This document shows positions 10,768 through 20,195 of a stretch of 32,000 nt of DNA, piece after piece; the stretch's first letter is position 1, and the number at the start of each line of letters is the position of its first letter. The DNA is from Opitutales bacterium. GTDB taxonomy: Bacteria; Verrucomicrobiota; Verrucomicrobiia; Opitutales; PNEW01. The stretch spans positions 810,001-842,000 of the forward strand of contig CBDCNV010000001.1 in NCBI GenBank assembly GCA_965219535.1, read 5' to 3'. The notes under the pieces were generated by a model. That model ran no database searches. It was not told the origin of the DNA and was given only the letters and a program-made list of their open reading frames with translations. Position numbers and translations under genes: made by a program.

Positions 10768-12237
10768 ATGAATCGACGAGATTTCCTACGACTCTCGGCT
10801 TCCACCGCTGCTACCGCATCGATTACAGGAAAGACGCTGCTCCCATCCACCTCCCAGGCGGTAACCCCTCTGGGGTTATTGACAGAGAGACCTAACATAC
10901 TTTTTCTGGCTGTGGATGATTTGCGACCAGCGCTGGGATGTTACGGTGACAAGCTGGCGATTACACCTAACATCGACTGTTTAGCGGGCAATGGGATTTT
11001 ATTTAACCGTGCTTATTGTCAATCGGCTTTGTGTAATCCTTCCCGATCGTCGCTCTTTACGGGTCGTCGGCCAGACACGACCAAAGTATGGGGAAATCGC
11101 GCTCATTTTCGCGAAGCACTTCCCGGGGTATTAACCTTACCCGAGTATTTTATGCATCATGGCTATCACGTGGAAAATATCGGCAAGATGTTTCACGGCC
11201 AAACTTATACTTTAGATCCTCAATCCTGGTCCGTGCCGCCACGTCATGACCTGGCCACTTATAATGAACATTATGCAATACCGGAAGCGGGTAGAGGTAA
11301 AATCGGTGCATCGGTCGCAAGTCCCAGTCGGCCAGATAACGCTTTTCATGATGGCATGGTTACCGATGACGCAGTGAACACATTACAGAGCGTCAAGAAC
11401 AGACAATTTTTTTTAGCGGTGGGATTTCGAAGACCACATCTGCCGTTCAGCGCCCCCAAAAAGTACTGGGATTTATATGATAGAAAATTACTGTCCCAAC
11501 CCGATAACCCCAAGTACCCAATCAATATGCCCAGTTTAGCCATCGATGGCTTAGGCATTAGTAGTATCTGGAATGATATTCCTGAAGGGGGTAAATTATC
11601 ATCGGAAAAAATTGCTGAACTGCGCCACGGTTATTACGCATGCGTTAGCTATATAGACATGCTAATTGGACGGCTGTTGCATGAACTCGAGAAACTGGGT
11701 TTAAGGGATAATACGATCGTCATTCTCTGGGGAGATCATGGGTTTCATCTCGGTGAACACGGAATATGGGGTAAACAAAGTAATTTTGAATTAGACACCC
11801 GGTCCCCGATGATGCTTGAGGTGCCCAACCAGAAAAACAGGGGAGTGAATACCGACGCCCTGGTAGAGTTCGTAGACATCTACCCCACACTTGTCGACCT
11901 TTGCGGTCTACCTATACCGGAAGGCCTGGAAGGTGTGAGTATGTCACCGCTCCTCGATGATCCCAATCGTCCCTGGAAAAAAGCTGCATTTAGCCAGTTT
12001 CTCCGTGTCAAAGAAGAAAATGAATATATGGGATACTCAGCGCGCACCGATCGTTATCGGTACACTGAGTGGCAAGAGAGAGAAACCGGGCGGGTTGCTG
12101 CTCGAGAGCTCTACGACCATGAAAATGATCCTGGGGAAACAGTAAACCTCGCCCATATGCCGGAGTTCACTGAAACAATCACCCGTTTAAGCAATATCCT
12201 GAATCGTGGCTGGGAAGCTGCCCTGCCACCGTCTTAA
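10768..12237 (+). CDS. Sulfatase (type I, formylglycine-dependent; iduronate-2-sulfatase-like) with Tat signal
   Basis: The N-terminal twin-arginine motif is MNRRDFLRLSA. The sulfatase signature C-x-P-x-R appears as LCNPSRSSLFTGR, and GDHGFHLGEHG forms the metal/active-site block. Confidence 0.9.
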   Translation: MNRRDFLRLSASTAATASITGKTLLPSTSQAVTPLGLLTERPNILFLAVDDLRPALGCYGDKLAITPNIDCLAGNGILFNRAYCQSALCNPSRSSLFTGRRPDTTKVWGNRAHFREALPGVLTLPEYFMHHGYHVENIGKMFHGQTYTLDPQSWSVPPRHDLATYNEHYAIPEAGRGKIGASVASPSRPDNAFHDGMVTDDAVNTLQSVKNRQFFLAVGFRRPHLPFSAPKKYWDLYDRKLLSQPDNPKYPINMPSLAIDGLGISSIWNDIPEGGKLSSEKIAELRHGYYACVSYIDMLIGRLLHELEKLGLRDNTIVILWGDHGFHLGEHGIWGKQSNFELDTRSPMMLEVPNQKNRGVNTDALVEFVDIYPTLVDLCGLPIPEGLEGVSMSPLLDDPNRPWKKAAFSQFLRVKEENEYMGYSARTDRYRYTEWQERETGRVAARELYDHENDPGETVNLAHMPEFTETITRLSNILNRGWEAALPPS

Positions 12238-12330
12238 AATATATTATTATTTCTGAATCCAAAAGTGTGGGAATAGGCGTCTAATAGACTAACCAATAAT
12301 GAACCATATTTAACCTCTAATTCCCGACCT

Positions 12331-12960
12331 ATGAAAAAAACAAGCATCCTGGTAATGATTATCCTGGGTGTATGCTGTGCCGCTTTAAATATATATGCGC
12401 AGGATATCACCGATTCCGTAGAAACTGAAGCCGCCGAGAAAAATATCCAATCCAATCTGGAAAACGCCGATGGCGACAAGGCATCGCAAGATCTTATAGA
12501 GAGTTCAGATTCTCAGGATGCGCCGGAGAAATTAAAAACCACGGAAGATACAGGCCATGATCATTTTCCTTTCGGTAAAAGGAGAGATCGGCCCCAAGAT
12601 ATAGCAGGTATTATTGGGATTATCTGCGTTTTTGGGTTGCCAGTGTTAATTGTTGGACTCGTGTTATTTTTCAGATACCGGGACAATCAGAACCTATATC
12701 AAATAGTTAATAATATGGTCGATAAGGGTATGGAGATTCCCTCCCATTTATTACAAATACAGAGAAAGAAGGCGCCACGATCAGATCTGCACAAGGGTTT
12801 GATTCTCATTTCACTTGGTTTAGGAATTGCCTGTTTTCTGAAAATACAGGGTGGGGATGGCTGGAGCCTCGGAATCATTCCCCTGTTTATCGGCATTGCT
12901 TATTTAATCATCTGGAAACTCGAAAGTGGTAAAGAAAAAGAAAAAACGATAGAAGAGTAA
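12331..12960 (+). CDS. Membrane protein with signal peptide, acidic N-terminal region and three C-terminal TM segments (DUF6249-like by recollection)
   Basis: The signal-like N-terminus MKKTSILVMIILGVCCAALNIYA is followed by a low-complexity acidic stretch. The C-terminal pattern FFRYRDNQ...DKGMEIP...RSDLHKGLILISLGLG...PLFIGIAYLIIW recalls small envelope proteins encoded next to ECF sigma factors. The family call has low confidence. Confidence 0.6.
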   Translation: MKKTSILVMIILGVCCAALNIYAQDITDSVETEAAEKNIQSNLENADGDKASQDLIESSDSQDAPEKLKTTEDTGHDHFPFGKRRDRPQDIAGIIGIICVFGLPVLIVGLVLFFRYRDNQNLYQIVNNMVDKGMEIPSHLLQIQRKKAPRSDLHKGLILISLGLGIACFLKIQGGDGWSLGIIPLFIGIAYLIIWKLESGKEKEKTIEE

Positions 12961-12974
12961 AAGCTCCTATTACC

Positions 12975-13514
12975 GTGTCATTTTCGGATGCAGACCTGAT
13001 TACTCGTGTTCTTCTAAATGATGATCGCCACGCCTATGGAGAACTGGTTCGCCGTTATCAGTCTGCTGTTCGCGGAATGTTGCGCAAACTTACTTCCGGT
13101 GATGATAGCCTGGCCGATGATCTCTCACAGGATACATTTATCCAAGCCTATCGCAAACTCAGTAAATATAAAGGTCATGCAAAATTTTCCACCTGGCTCT
13201 ATCGCATTGCCTATAATTTATTCATCAGTGACATTCGTCGTAAACGTGAACTTATCAGCTTCGATGAGAAGCCCGTCGATTCTTCAGTCCCGGCTGCAAC
13301 TGATCGGATTGAATTAAAGCAGGACCTTGAAATGGCGATGAAACAGTTAACGGTTAACGAATGTGCGGCGATACATCTTTGTTATCAGGAGGGGCTCTCT
13401 CACGAAGAGGCAGCCCGCGTACTTGACTGTCCATTGGGAACAGTTAAGACTCATATCCTGAGAGGGAAAAACAAGCTGCGTGAAATTCTTTCGGTGTGGA
13501 GGAAAGGAACTTGA
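12975..13514 (+). CDS. ECF-type RNA polymerase sigma-70 family factor
   Basis: The 179-aa ORF has a GTG start. Region 2 reads DLSQDTFIQAYRKL...STWLYRIAYN. Region 4 has the HTH LSHEEAARVLDCPLGTVKTHILRGK. Confidence 0.9.
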   Translation: MSFSDADLITRVLLNDDRHAYGELVRRYQSAVRGMLRKLTSGDDSLADDLSQDTFIQAYRKLSKYKGHAKFSTWLYRIAYNLFISDIRRKRELISFDEKPVDSSVPAATDRIELKQDLEMAMKQLTVNECAAIHLCYQEGLSHEEAARVLDCPLGTVKTHILRGKNKLREILSVWRKGT

Positions 13515-13515
13515 G

Positions 13516-13845
13516 ATGAAAGATAAAGTAAAAGAAGACTGGCTGGAAATGAGTCTTTCAGAACCCGATCCCTATATTGATGACGATGGGTTCAGCAAGA
13601 GGGTCTTACAAAAGCTGCCCGCGCGTGTCGAGAGGCCCGAATGGTTAAAAGCGGTGATTCTTCTCAGTGCTGCCGCATTATCATCTTTATGTGCGCTAAT
13701 TTTGCTTCCCGATACTCAAATAATTGGGACCTTGATTGAAGAAATAGTCAGTTTCAGTACGCTCGATTTAACTCTGCTTCTACCACTTGCCGTTGTCCTC
13801 GCGATATCAGTCATCTCATGGATGATTGGAAATAGCGAAATATAG
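13516..13845 (+). CDS. Putative membrane anti-sigma factor (small two-TM protein)
   Basis: The ATG at 13516 lies 1 nt after the sigma-factor TGA, suggesting translational coupling. A cytoplasmic N-terminal segment is followed by two hydrophobic helices. No recognisable zinc-binding (ZAS) motif is present, so the role is inferred from position only. The ORF-track start at 13480 overlaps the sigma gene and is less likely. Confidence 0.55.
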   Translation: MKDKVKEDWLEMSLSEPDPYIDDDGFSKRVLQKLPARVERPEWLKAVILLSAAALSSLCALILLPDTQIIGTLIEEIVSFSTLDLTLLLPLAVVLAISVISWMIGNSEI

Positions 13846-13918
13846 TAGCAATAGTTGGGTATAGGTATATCGTTACCCATCACGATCAGTTGATGGTTGA
13901 GAAAGAGGAGGTGAGACG

Positions 13919-14410
13919 ATGGCGGATGTTCAGGATAACGGGAACAATAAAAAAGTTGACCATGCCGGTGTTGTGGCGCCGCCCCCTCTTATCTTTCTCT
14001 TTTCAATTCTTATTGGTTTAGGTTTTAACACCCTGTGGCCGGTGGAGATTTTTCCCCAAGTAGTCGAGTTTCCTGTTGGGATGTTTTTCGTCGTCATCGC
14101 TGTTGTTATTTTTGTCTTTTCGGTGCGGAAATTTATAAAAGCTGATACTCCGCTTCCGCCCTATAAACCAACTGTTCTTATCGTCAGGACCGGCCCTTTT
14201 CGGTATAGCCGTAACCCGATTTACTTATCAATGACACTCCTCCAGATGGGTATTGGCATCTGGGCGGACAATGTATGGATCCTGGTGATGCTGATCCCTG
14301 CTCTATGCATAATGCATTACGGGGTTATTGCCCGGGAGGAGAAGTATTTGGAGAAGAAATTTGGCGATGAATATATGAATTACAAAAGGTCGGTGAGGCG
14401 CTGGATCTAA
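13919..14410 (+). CDS. Isoprenylcysteine carboxyl methyltransferase (ICMT)/phospholipid methyltransferase-family membrane protein
   Basis: The ORF is multi-TM. The hallmark C-terminal block is GPFRYSRNPIYLS...REEKYLEKKFGDEY. A strong AGGAGG lies about 8 nt upstream of the ATG. Confidence 0.8.
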   Translation: MADVQDNGNNKKVDHAGVVAPPPLIFLFSILIGLGFNTLWPVEIFPQVVEFPVGMFFVVIAVVIFVFSVRKFIKADTPLPPYKPTVLIVRTGPFRYSRNPIYLSMTLLQMGIGIWADNVWILVMLIPALCIMHYGVIAREEKYLEKKFGDEYMNYKRSVRRWI

Positions 14411-14429
14411 ACCTTAATCAATTTAGATA

Positions 14430-14843
14430 ATGACACAGGAAATTGAATTTAAGGAAACACGAGATATATCGATTGAAAGTATCATAAGACTCTACAAAGC
14501 CAATGGGTGGTCATCTGCGGATAAACCGGAAGCACTATATAAGGCGTTAAAGAATTCACACGCCTTGATATCGGCATGGTCAGGCGAGAAGCTTGTCGGC
14601 TTGGGGAATACTATTTCAGACGGATATCTGGTTGTTTACTACTCGCACTTGTTAGTCCTCCCTGAATTTCAGGGCAGAGGTATTGGTCGGCGGATTATTG
14701 AATTATTAAAATCAAAATATAATAATTACCATCAGCAGATCTTAGTTGCCGATGGCCAGGCGATCGAATTTTACAAAAAGTGTGGTTTTGAAAGGGCGGG
14801 CCAGACGGAATCGATGTGGATATATGAGGGAAAAGATCATTAA
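14430..14843 (+). CDS. GNAT family N-acetyltransferase
   Basis: The 137-aa ORF has the acetyl-CoA binding motif QGRGIGRRII and the C-terminal FYKKCGFE. Confidence 0.85.
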   Translation: MTQEIEFKETRDISIESIIRLYKANGWSSADKPEALYKALKNSHALISAWSGEKLVGLGNTISDGYLVVYYSHLLVLPEFQGRGIGRRIIELLKSKYNNYHQQILVADGQAIEFYKKCGFERAGQTESMWIYEGKDH

Positions 14844-14908
14844 CAGGGGTGATCGGCATAATACCTCGAGACGTATAGGCGAATGAAATCGAGACAACGG
14901 GTCAGGCT

Positions 14909-16480
14909 ATGTTGAGTGATGGTTTACACTGGTTGGATTGGTCAGTAATTGTATTATACGCTGGGGTTCTAATCGGTTTGGGGTGGTGGTATTCACGCAA
15001 GCAAAAAGATACGGGTGATTATTTTCTTGGTGGAGGTAAAATGAACCCTTTTTTCGTGGGTATCTCTCTTTTTGTCACCTTGCTCAGTACCATATCCTAT
15101 ATAGCCATTCCCGGTGAAATAATAAAACACGGTCCGGTTGTCGCCTACGGTGTATTGGCTATCCCCTTAGCTTATATTTTCGTCAGTTATATTCTAATTC
15201 CAATATTAATGCGACAGCGGGTCACGAGTGCCTACCAAATATTAGAAATTTATCTTGGACCAAATATTCGTCTCCTCGGTGCCTGTTGGTTTATCTTTAT
15301 GCGATTAATTTGGATGACGGTTCTGGTATTCGTCGCAGCCAATGCCATTGTTGTTATTTTGGGATTTGGGAAAGAAATGGTTCCCGTCGTCATTATGATT
15401 ACCGGTTTAGTAGCTGTAATCTATACTTCGTTGGGTGGTATCAAGGCGGTGGTGATTACGGATTTTATACAATTCTGCATCTTAATTTCAGGTTCTCTCT
15501 TAACAATTGTCATCGTCAGTATTCACTTAGGCGGCATTCAATGGGTACCTACAACCTGGTCGCCTCATTGGGACACGCAACCATTCATCAGTATCAATCC
15601 TACGATTCGAGCAACGGTGATGGGAGCCATAATTCTGGATTTCCTTTTCATTGTTTGCAGTTCGGGATCCGATCAGACCCAGGTCCAGCGTTATATGTCC
15701 ACGCGAGACGCGGCGGCGGCGCAGCGCGCATTTTTAATAAAATCCATTGCGGGTGTTTTAACCTTTATCATTGTCGCGATGACAGGTTTTGCGGTCATGG
15801 GATTTTATAATCATAGTCCGGAAAGTCTTCCCCAAGGAGAGAGTCTACGGTCATTTGCGGATCAATTGTTTCCCTATTTTATCGCCAATCAATTGCCGAT
15901 CGGGTTAGCCGGTTTAGTCGTGTCAGCCCTCTTTGCCGCAGCGATGTCGAGTCTCGATTCAGGCGTTAATTCCATCACCGCGGTGGTGATGACAGATTTC
16001 CTCGACCGTTATGGGAAACCCCATCGCGATGAACGCGTACACAAACGTATCGCTATGATCCTGGCCTTTGTAATTGGCACCATTATCGTATTGGCGAGTT
16101 CACAAATGGGAATCATTCCGGGCAATTTCAAAGAGTTGACGCACAAGACGACCGGTTTACTCGTCCCCGGCTTGTTTGGGATTTTTTTTATGGCTCTGTT
16201 TGTTCGTTTCGCCACTCCCTTTGGTGTGGCCATCGGTTCACTCTATGGCGCAGTAGGCGCTTTCGTCATCGCTTATTTGGATGTGCTCACCGGGTTACCT
16301 CGAGTGAGTTATCAGTTATATATGCTTTTTGAATTGGTAATTCAATTAACTCTTGCCAGCACTTTCAGTTTGATTCCCTTAAAAGGAAAACCACGAGTCG
16401 TTGTCATCGCCTGGACATTTATCTGTCTCTTACCGCTTATCATCGGTTTATCCCTTATCATGCTCCTGCGATTGTCTTAG
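14909..16480 (+). CDS. Sodium:solute symporter (SSS) family transporter, second paralogue
   Basis: The 523-aa ORF is hydrophobic. It has DYFLGGGKM near the N-terminus and AAAMSSLDSGVNS, which parallels AAAMSSIDSELNS in the first symporter. Confidence 0.9.
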   Translation: MLSDGLHWLDWSVIVLYAGVLIGLGWWYSRKQKDTGDYFLGGGKMNPFFVGISLFVTLLSTISYIAIPGEIIKHGPVVAYGVLAIPLAYIFVSYILIPILMRQRVTSAYQILEIYLGPNIRLLGACWFIFMRLIWMTVLVFVAANAIVVILGFGKEMVPVVIMITGLVAVIYTSLGGIKAVVITDFIQFCILISGSLLTIVIVSIHLGGIQWVPTTWSPHWDTQPFISINPTIRATVMGAIILDFLFIVCSSGSDQTQVQRYMSTRDAAAAQRAFLIKSIAGVLTFIIVAMTGFAVMGFYNHSPESLPQGESLRSFADQLFPYFIANQLPIGLAGLVVSALFAAAMSSLDSGVNSITAVVMTDFLDRYGKPHRDERVHKRIAMILAFVIGTIIVLASSQMGIIPGNFKELTHKTTGLLVPGLFGIFFMALFVRFATPFGVAIGSLYGAVGAFVIAYLDVLTGLPRVSYQLYMLFELVIQLTLASTFSLIPLKGKPRVVVIAWTFICLLPLIIGLSLIMLLRLS

Positions 16481-16753
16481 GAATAAGGGTGAGATAGGGT
16501 ATAGAAGACGTAATATAGATTCTTGAAAGCAAAAGTTTTAATTTCGAAAATCAGGTAAGAAATCCAAACACTTTTTGGCATCCCTCGTTTTTCAGTTAAA
16601 CGTAGATTATAGAATGTATATTTACACTTTTTTAACGTATTATTCCACGATTAATTGTTGCGTCTACAGGGGGTAGAGATAGGTTTTTTATAGAGGAAGA
16701 CAGACCGCACAAACGGTATCAACCCAATGGAATAAATCATATACGGTGAAACT

Positions 16754-19288
16754 ATGAGTTCCACAAATAAATCGTTTCTAGAAGACAATACCCCGGTGAA
16801 GACAGATTTAGAACTGTCGAATAGTGCCTACCATATAACGCGAGCGCGATTAGAAAACATTATGATCGCAAGTCAGGTTGTCATTTACAGTTGCGAACCG
16901 GGAAAAGACTTCACCTTCAATTTTATCAGTAAGAATATTAAAGGTCTACTTGGATTAGCACCGCGAGATTTTATAGAGGGCAACAAGCACTGGGGTGATC
17001 GCATTCATCCCGAGGTAAAAGAGAAAGTTCTCACGGAAAGATTAGAACTCTATGAAAAGGGGATCATCTCTCAAGATTACCAGATTCTGCACAAGGACGG
17101 TACTTACCGATGGATTCACGACGAGTTGAGCTTAATTGCAGATAATGAAGGCAATCCCAACGAGATAGTTGGATCATGGAATGAAATTACTGAACAAAAG
17201 GAAATGCAAAGATCGCTGGAGGAATTAAATAATAAACTGAAAGATCAGATTAAGCTAAGGACAGAAGAGCTTAAACAATTAAAACAATACTTAGAAGAGG
17301 AAATTAAGAAACGGGAAGAAACAGAAATGAAACTGAGAGATTCGGAAGTCATTTATCAGTCACTCATTAAAAATGCGGACATATACATGACATCGCTCAG
17401 TAAAGATGGAGTATACATGGCAACAAGTGAACGCAACGCGAGGCGATTAATCAAAGGAGGAAAATCTGAAGATATTGTTGGTAAAAATCTATACGATTTC
17501 CATCCAAAGGAAAGAGCTGATAAATATATGGAAGAGATTCGAGAAATGTGTCGTAGCGGGGAGGGTATTATATGCGAGCGACTTGCGCCCCACTATGAAT
17601 CTGAACACTGGCACCGAATTAATTTTTTCCCGATTAAAGACTCGAATAAAGAAGTTATTGGGATCCATGCCGTCAGTTATGATATTCATGAGCAGAAACT
17701 GACAGAGGAGAAACTAAAGCAGGAGCGTAATTTACTTCGCACCTTAATAGATTCTTTGCCGAATCTTATATTTATAAGGGATAAAGAAGGCAAGTTCCTC
17801 ATAATTAACAAAGAGTACGCTCAGCATTTCGGATTGAAGCATACAGAGGATGCGGTAGGAAAAAAACTGAAAGACCTGATCTCTCCTGAGATGGAAGATT
17901 CTTCTAATGAATCACTTGCAGAAGATATAGAAATTTTGAAAACCGGTCAACCACTAATCGAAAAAGAAAAACCATCCGCAGGTCCCAAGGGAAAGCAAAT
18001 TCAATTATTGACAAAATTACCCTGGATGGACGAGCAGGGTAATAACCTGGGGATTATGGGTTCGGCTCTCGATATCACTTATCTCAAAGAAACAGAAGCA
18101 GCCTTGATTGGAGAGAAGAATTTGCTTCGCACGCTTATAGACCAAGTACCCATTTATATATTTATCAGAGATACGATGGGCAAGTTCATCGTGATTAATA
18201 AAGAATATGCGAACTACCTTAAATTAAAAGAACCACAGGATGCAATCGGTAAGACCATTTTAGAATTGTTGCCCCATCAATTAATAGATGAGGGTCAAAA
18301 AACTTTGGACGAGGATAAGGAAATAATTATCTCTGGTTGTCCACTGATCAATAATGAAAGAAATTACAAAAGCTATGAAGGTGAGAGTACATGGGAAATT
18401 TCGACGAAATTACCTTTAAAAGATTATGAAGGAAAAGTAATCGGGGTGATGGGCATTTCGCTTGATATCACCGATAAGAAAAATTCAGAGAATAAGATAA
18501 CTGAACAAGCTGCTTTGCTCGACAAAGCGCATGATGCGATTGTGGTTCGTGATCTTAATAATCGCGTTATGTATTGGAATAAAGCAGCTGAGCTTCTTTA
18601 TGGCTATACGGCAGAGGAAGCAATAGGACGAAATTCGGAGGAATTATTCTATAAGAAATCACCGCCCAAATTACCTGAGATGGAACGGGCGCTTAAGAAG
18701 AATGGGGAGTGGTATGGTGAAATTAAACAATTTAAAAAGGACAATACGCCCGTGTTTATTGATTGCAGTAAAACACTGGTGCGGGATGAAGAGGGTAATC
18801 CATCATCAATCTTAACAATTAATACCGACATAACAGAAAAAAAGAAATTTGAAGCTCAGATTTTGCGTGTGCAGAGAATGGATGGCATAGGCACCCTGGC
18901 CAGTGGTATCGCCCACGACTTGAATAACCTCTTAGCGCCGATCGCACTTTCTTCAGAACTGCTGTTAAACGATGCCTTGGACAGTATCGCGAAAAAAAGA
19001 CTGAGTATAATAGTGAGTAGCGTAGACCGCGCATCTTCAGTTGTGAATCAGTTGCTTACATTTGCGAGAGGAATTGACGGTGATCATACTATGATCCAGC
19101 CGAAGCATATACTGATGGAGATCGTGCAAATTTCTAAAGAAACTTTTCCAAAGAACATAAATATTTCTTTTGTTATCCCCCACGATATTTGGTTGGTGAA
19201 AGGTAACCCTATTCAATTGCACCAGGTGATTCTTAATCTTTGTCTTAATTCACGAGATGCTATGGCCGGGGGGGGAATTTATATTTAA
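16754..19288 (+). CDS. Hybrid sensor histidine kinase, N-terminal fragment (PAS x5, coiled coil, HisKA, start of HATPase_c); frame breaks at the G8 tract
   Basis: There are no TM segments. Repeated PAS modules and the coiled-coil KLKDQIKLRTEELKQLKQYLEEEIKKREE are present, along with the H-box ASGIAHDLNNLL and the N-box LNLCLNSRDAM. The ORF stops 4 codons after the G run. Confidence 0.9.
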   Translation: MSSTNKSFLEDNTPVKTDLELSNSAYHITRARLENIMIASQVVIYSCEPGKDFTFNFISKNIKGLLGLAPRDFIEGNKHWGDRIHPEVKEKVLTERLELYEKGIISQDYQILHKDGTYRWIHDELSLIADNEGNPNEIVGSWNEITEQKEMQRSLEELNNKLKDQIKLRTEELKQLKQYLEEEIKKREETEMKLRDSEVIYQSLIKNADIYMTSLSKDGVYMATSERNARRLIKGGKSEDIVGKNLYDFHPKERADKYMEEIREMCRSGEGIICERLAPHYESEHWHRINFFPIKDSNKEVIGIHAVSYDIHEQKLTEEKLKQERNLLRTLIDSLPNLIFIRDKEGKFLIINKEYAQHFGLKHTEDAVGKKLKDLISPEMEDSSNESLAEDIEILKTGQPLIEKEKPSAGPKGKQIQLLTKLPWMDEQGNNLGIMGSALDITYLKETEAALIGEKNLLRTLIDQVPIYIFIRDTMGKFIVINKEYANYLKLKEPQDAIGKTILELLPHQLIDEGQKTLDEDKEIIISGCPLINNERNYKSYEGESTWEISTKLPLKDYEGKVIGVMGISLDITDKKNSENKITEQAALLDKAHDAIVVRDLNNRVMYWNKAAELLYGYTAEEAIGRNSEELFYKKSPPKLPEMERALKKNGEWYGEIKQFKKDNTPVFIDCSKTLVRDEEGNPSSILTINTDITEKKKFEAQILRVQRMDGIGTLASGIAHDLNNLLAPIALSSELLLNDALDSIAKKRLSIIVSSVDRASSVVNQLLTFARGIDGDHTMIQPKHILMEIVQISKETFPKNINISFVIPHDIWLVKGNPIQLHQVILNLCLNSRDAMAGGGIYI
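17723..18502 (+). repeat. Tandem duplication of a ~130-aa PAS module inside the kinase gene (2 x 390 nt)
   Basis: ERNLLRTLIDSLPNLIFIRDKEGKFLIINKEYAQHFGLKHTEDAVGK starts at 17723. EKNLLRTLIDQVPIYIFIRDTMGKFIVINKEYANYLKLKEPQDAIGK starts at 18113. Both units end with ...GIMGSALDITYLKE / ...GVMGISLDITDKKN. Confidence 0.7.
19268..19275 (+). repeat. G8 homopolymeric tract at the kinase frameshift point
   Basis: I counted directly from gccGGGGGGGGaattt. G9 or G6 would fuse the two kinase ORFs in frame. Confidence 0.95.
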
Positions 19289-20010
19289 TGGCGGAAAACA
19301 TTCATTTAGATGAAAGTTATGTAACGATGTTCCCGGATGCGAAAGCGGGACCATACGTGGAGATTGAAGTCACTGATACAGGGACGGGAATGTCAAATAT
19401 TGAGATGGGGAAGATATTCGATCCATTTTACACAACAAAAAAGGAGGGACATGGAACTGGTTTGGGCTTATCCACTTCCCATGGAATAGTAAAAAGCCAT
19501 GGTGGATTTATAAAAGTGGAAAGTGAAGAAGGGAAGGGGAGTACTTTTAAAATTTATCTTCCAGCTGACACTACAGATGCAGTCGTACCCTCGAGAAAAA
19601 AGCATACTTTATTTCCTAAAGCCAACGGTGAACTCATTCTCGTTGTCGATGATGAAAACCACATTTGCGAAATGATTCGCGAAGTTCTGGAGGGGCAGGA
19701 ATTTAAGGTTATGACGGCGGAAGATGGAACGGAAGCGTTGGCTATTTATGCTAAATATGATAAAAAAATTCGCGTCGTGCTTACCGATATCGCGATGCCG
19801 CACCTGGATGGTGTTGCCGTGGTACAGACATTGAAAAAATTAAATTCAAATCTGGGCATAGTTGTTTCAACCGGTGAGGGGCAGAAGGATAAAATCCAAA
19901 AATTAAAAAACCTTGGTATAGAATACTTCCTTGATAAACCTTATACGACTGAGGCTTTAGTATCCATTGTTCATAAATCTCTTAAAGCATTAAAATTGAA
20001 GAATAAATAA
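19288..20010 (+). CDS. Hybrid sensor histidine kinase, C-terminal fragment (rest of HATPase_c plus receiver domain)
   Basis: This fragment has G1 DTGTGM, F-box IFDPFYTTK and G2 GTGLGLS. The REC domain follows with VVDDEN, LTDIAMPHLDG and LDKPY. The same frame is open upstream to the G tract (…GGNLYL-MAEN…), so this is a continuation of the kinase and not an independent gene. Confidence 0.9.
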   Translation: MAENIHLDESYVTMFPDAKAGPYVEIEVTDTGTGMSNIEMGKIFDPFYTTKKEGHGTGLGLSTSHGIVKSHGGFIKVESEEGKGSTFKIYLPADTTDAVVPSRKKHTLFPKANGELILVVDDENHICEMIREVLEGQEFKVMTAEDGTEALAIYAKYDKKIRVVLTDIAMPHLDGVAVVQTLKKLNSNLGIVVSTGEGQKDKIQKLKNLGIEYFLDKPYTTEALVSIVHKSLKALKLKNK

Positions 20011-20195
20011 ATTTTGGTAGTAAATCTCCCCCACTTAATTTAATACAATATTTTATGGTGAGAGGTTCGTGAATTATGTGAGTATGTTCAATTATCAAAA
20101 TTGATTTCCAGTTTAAAAGAACAAACCGCGGATGTGAAATCGGTTGGGGCGCTACTACATTACAGACGGTATCTCCGAATACGGCCGAATTAATT

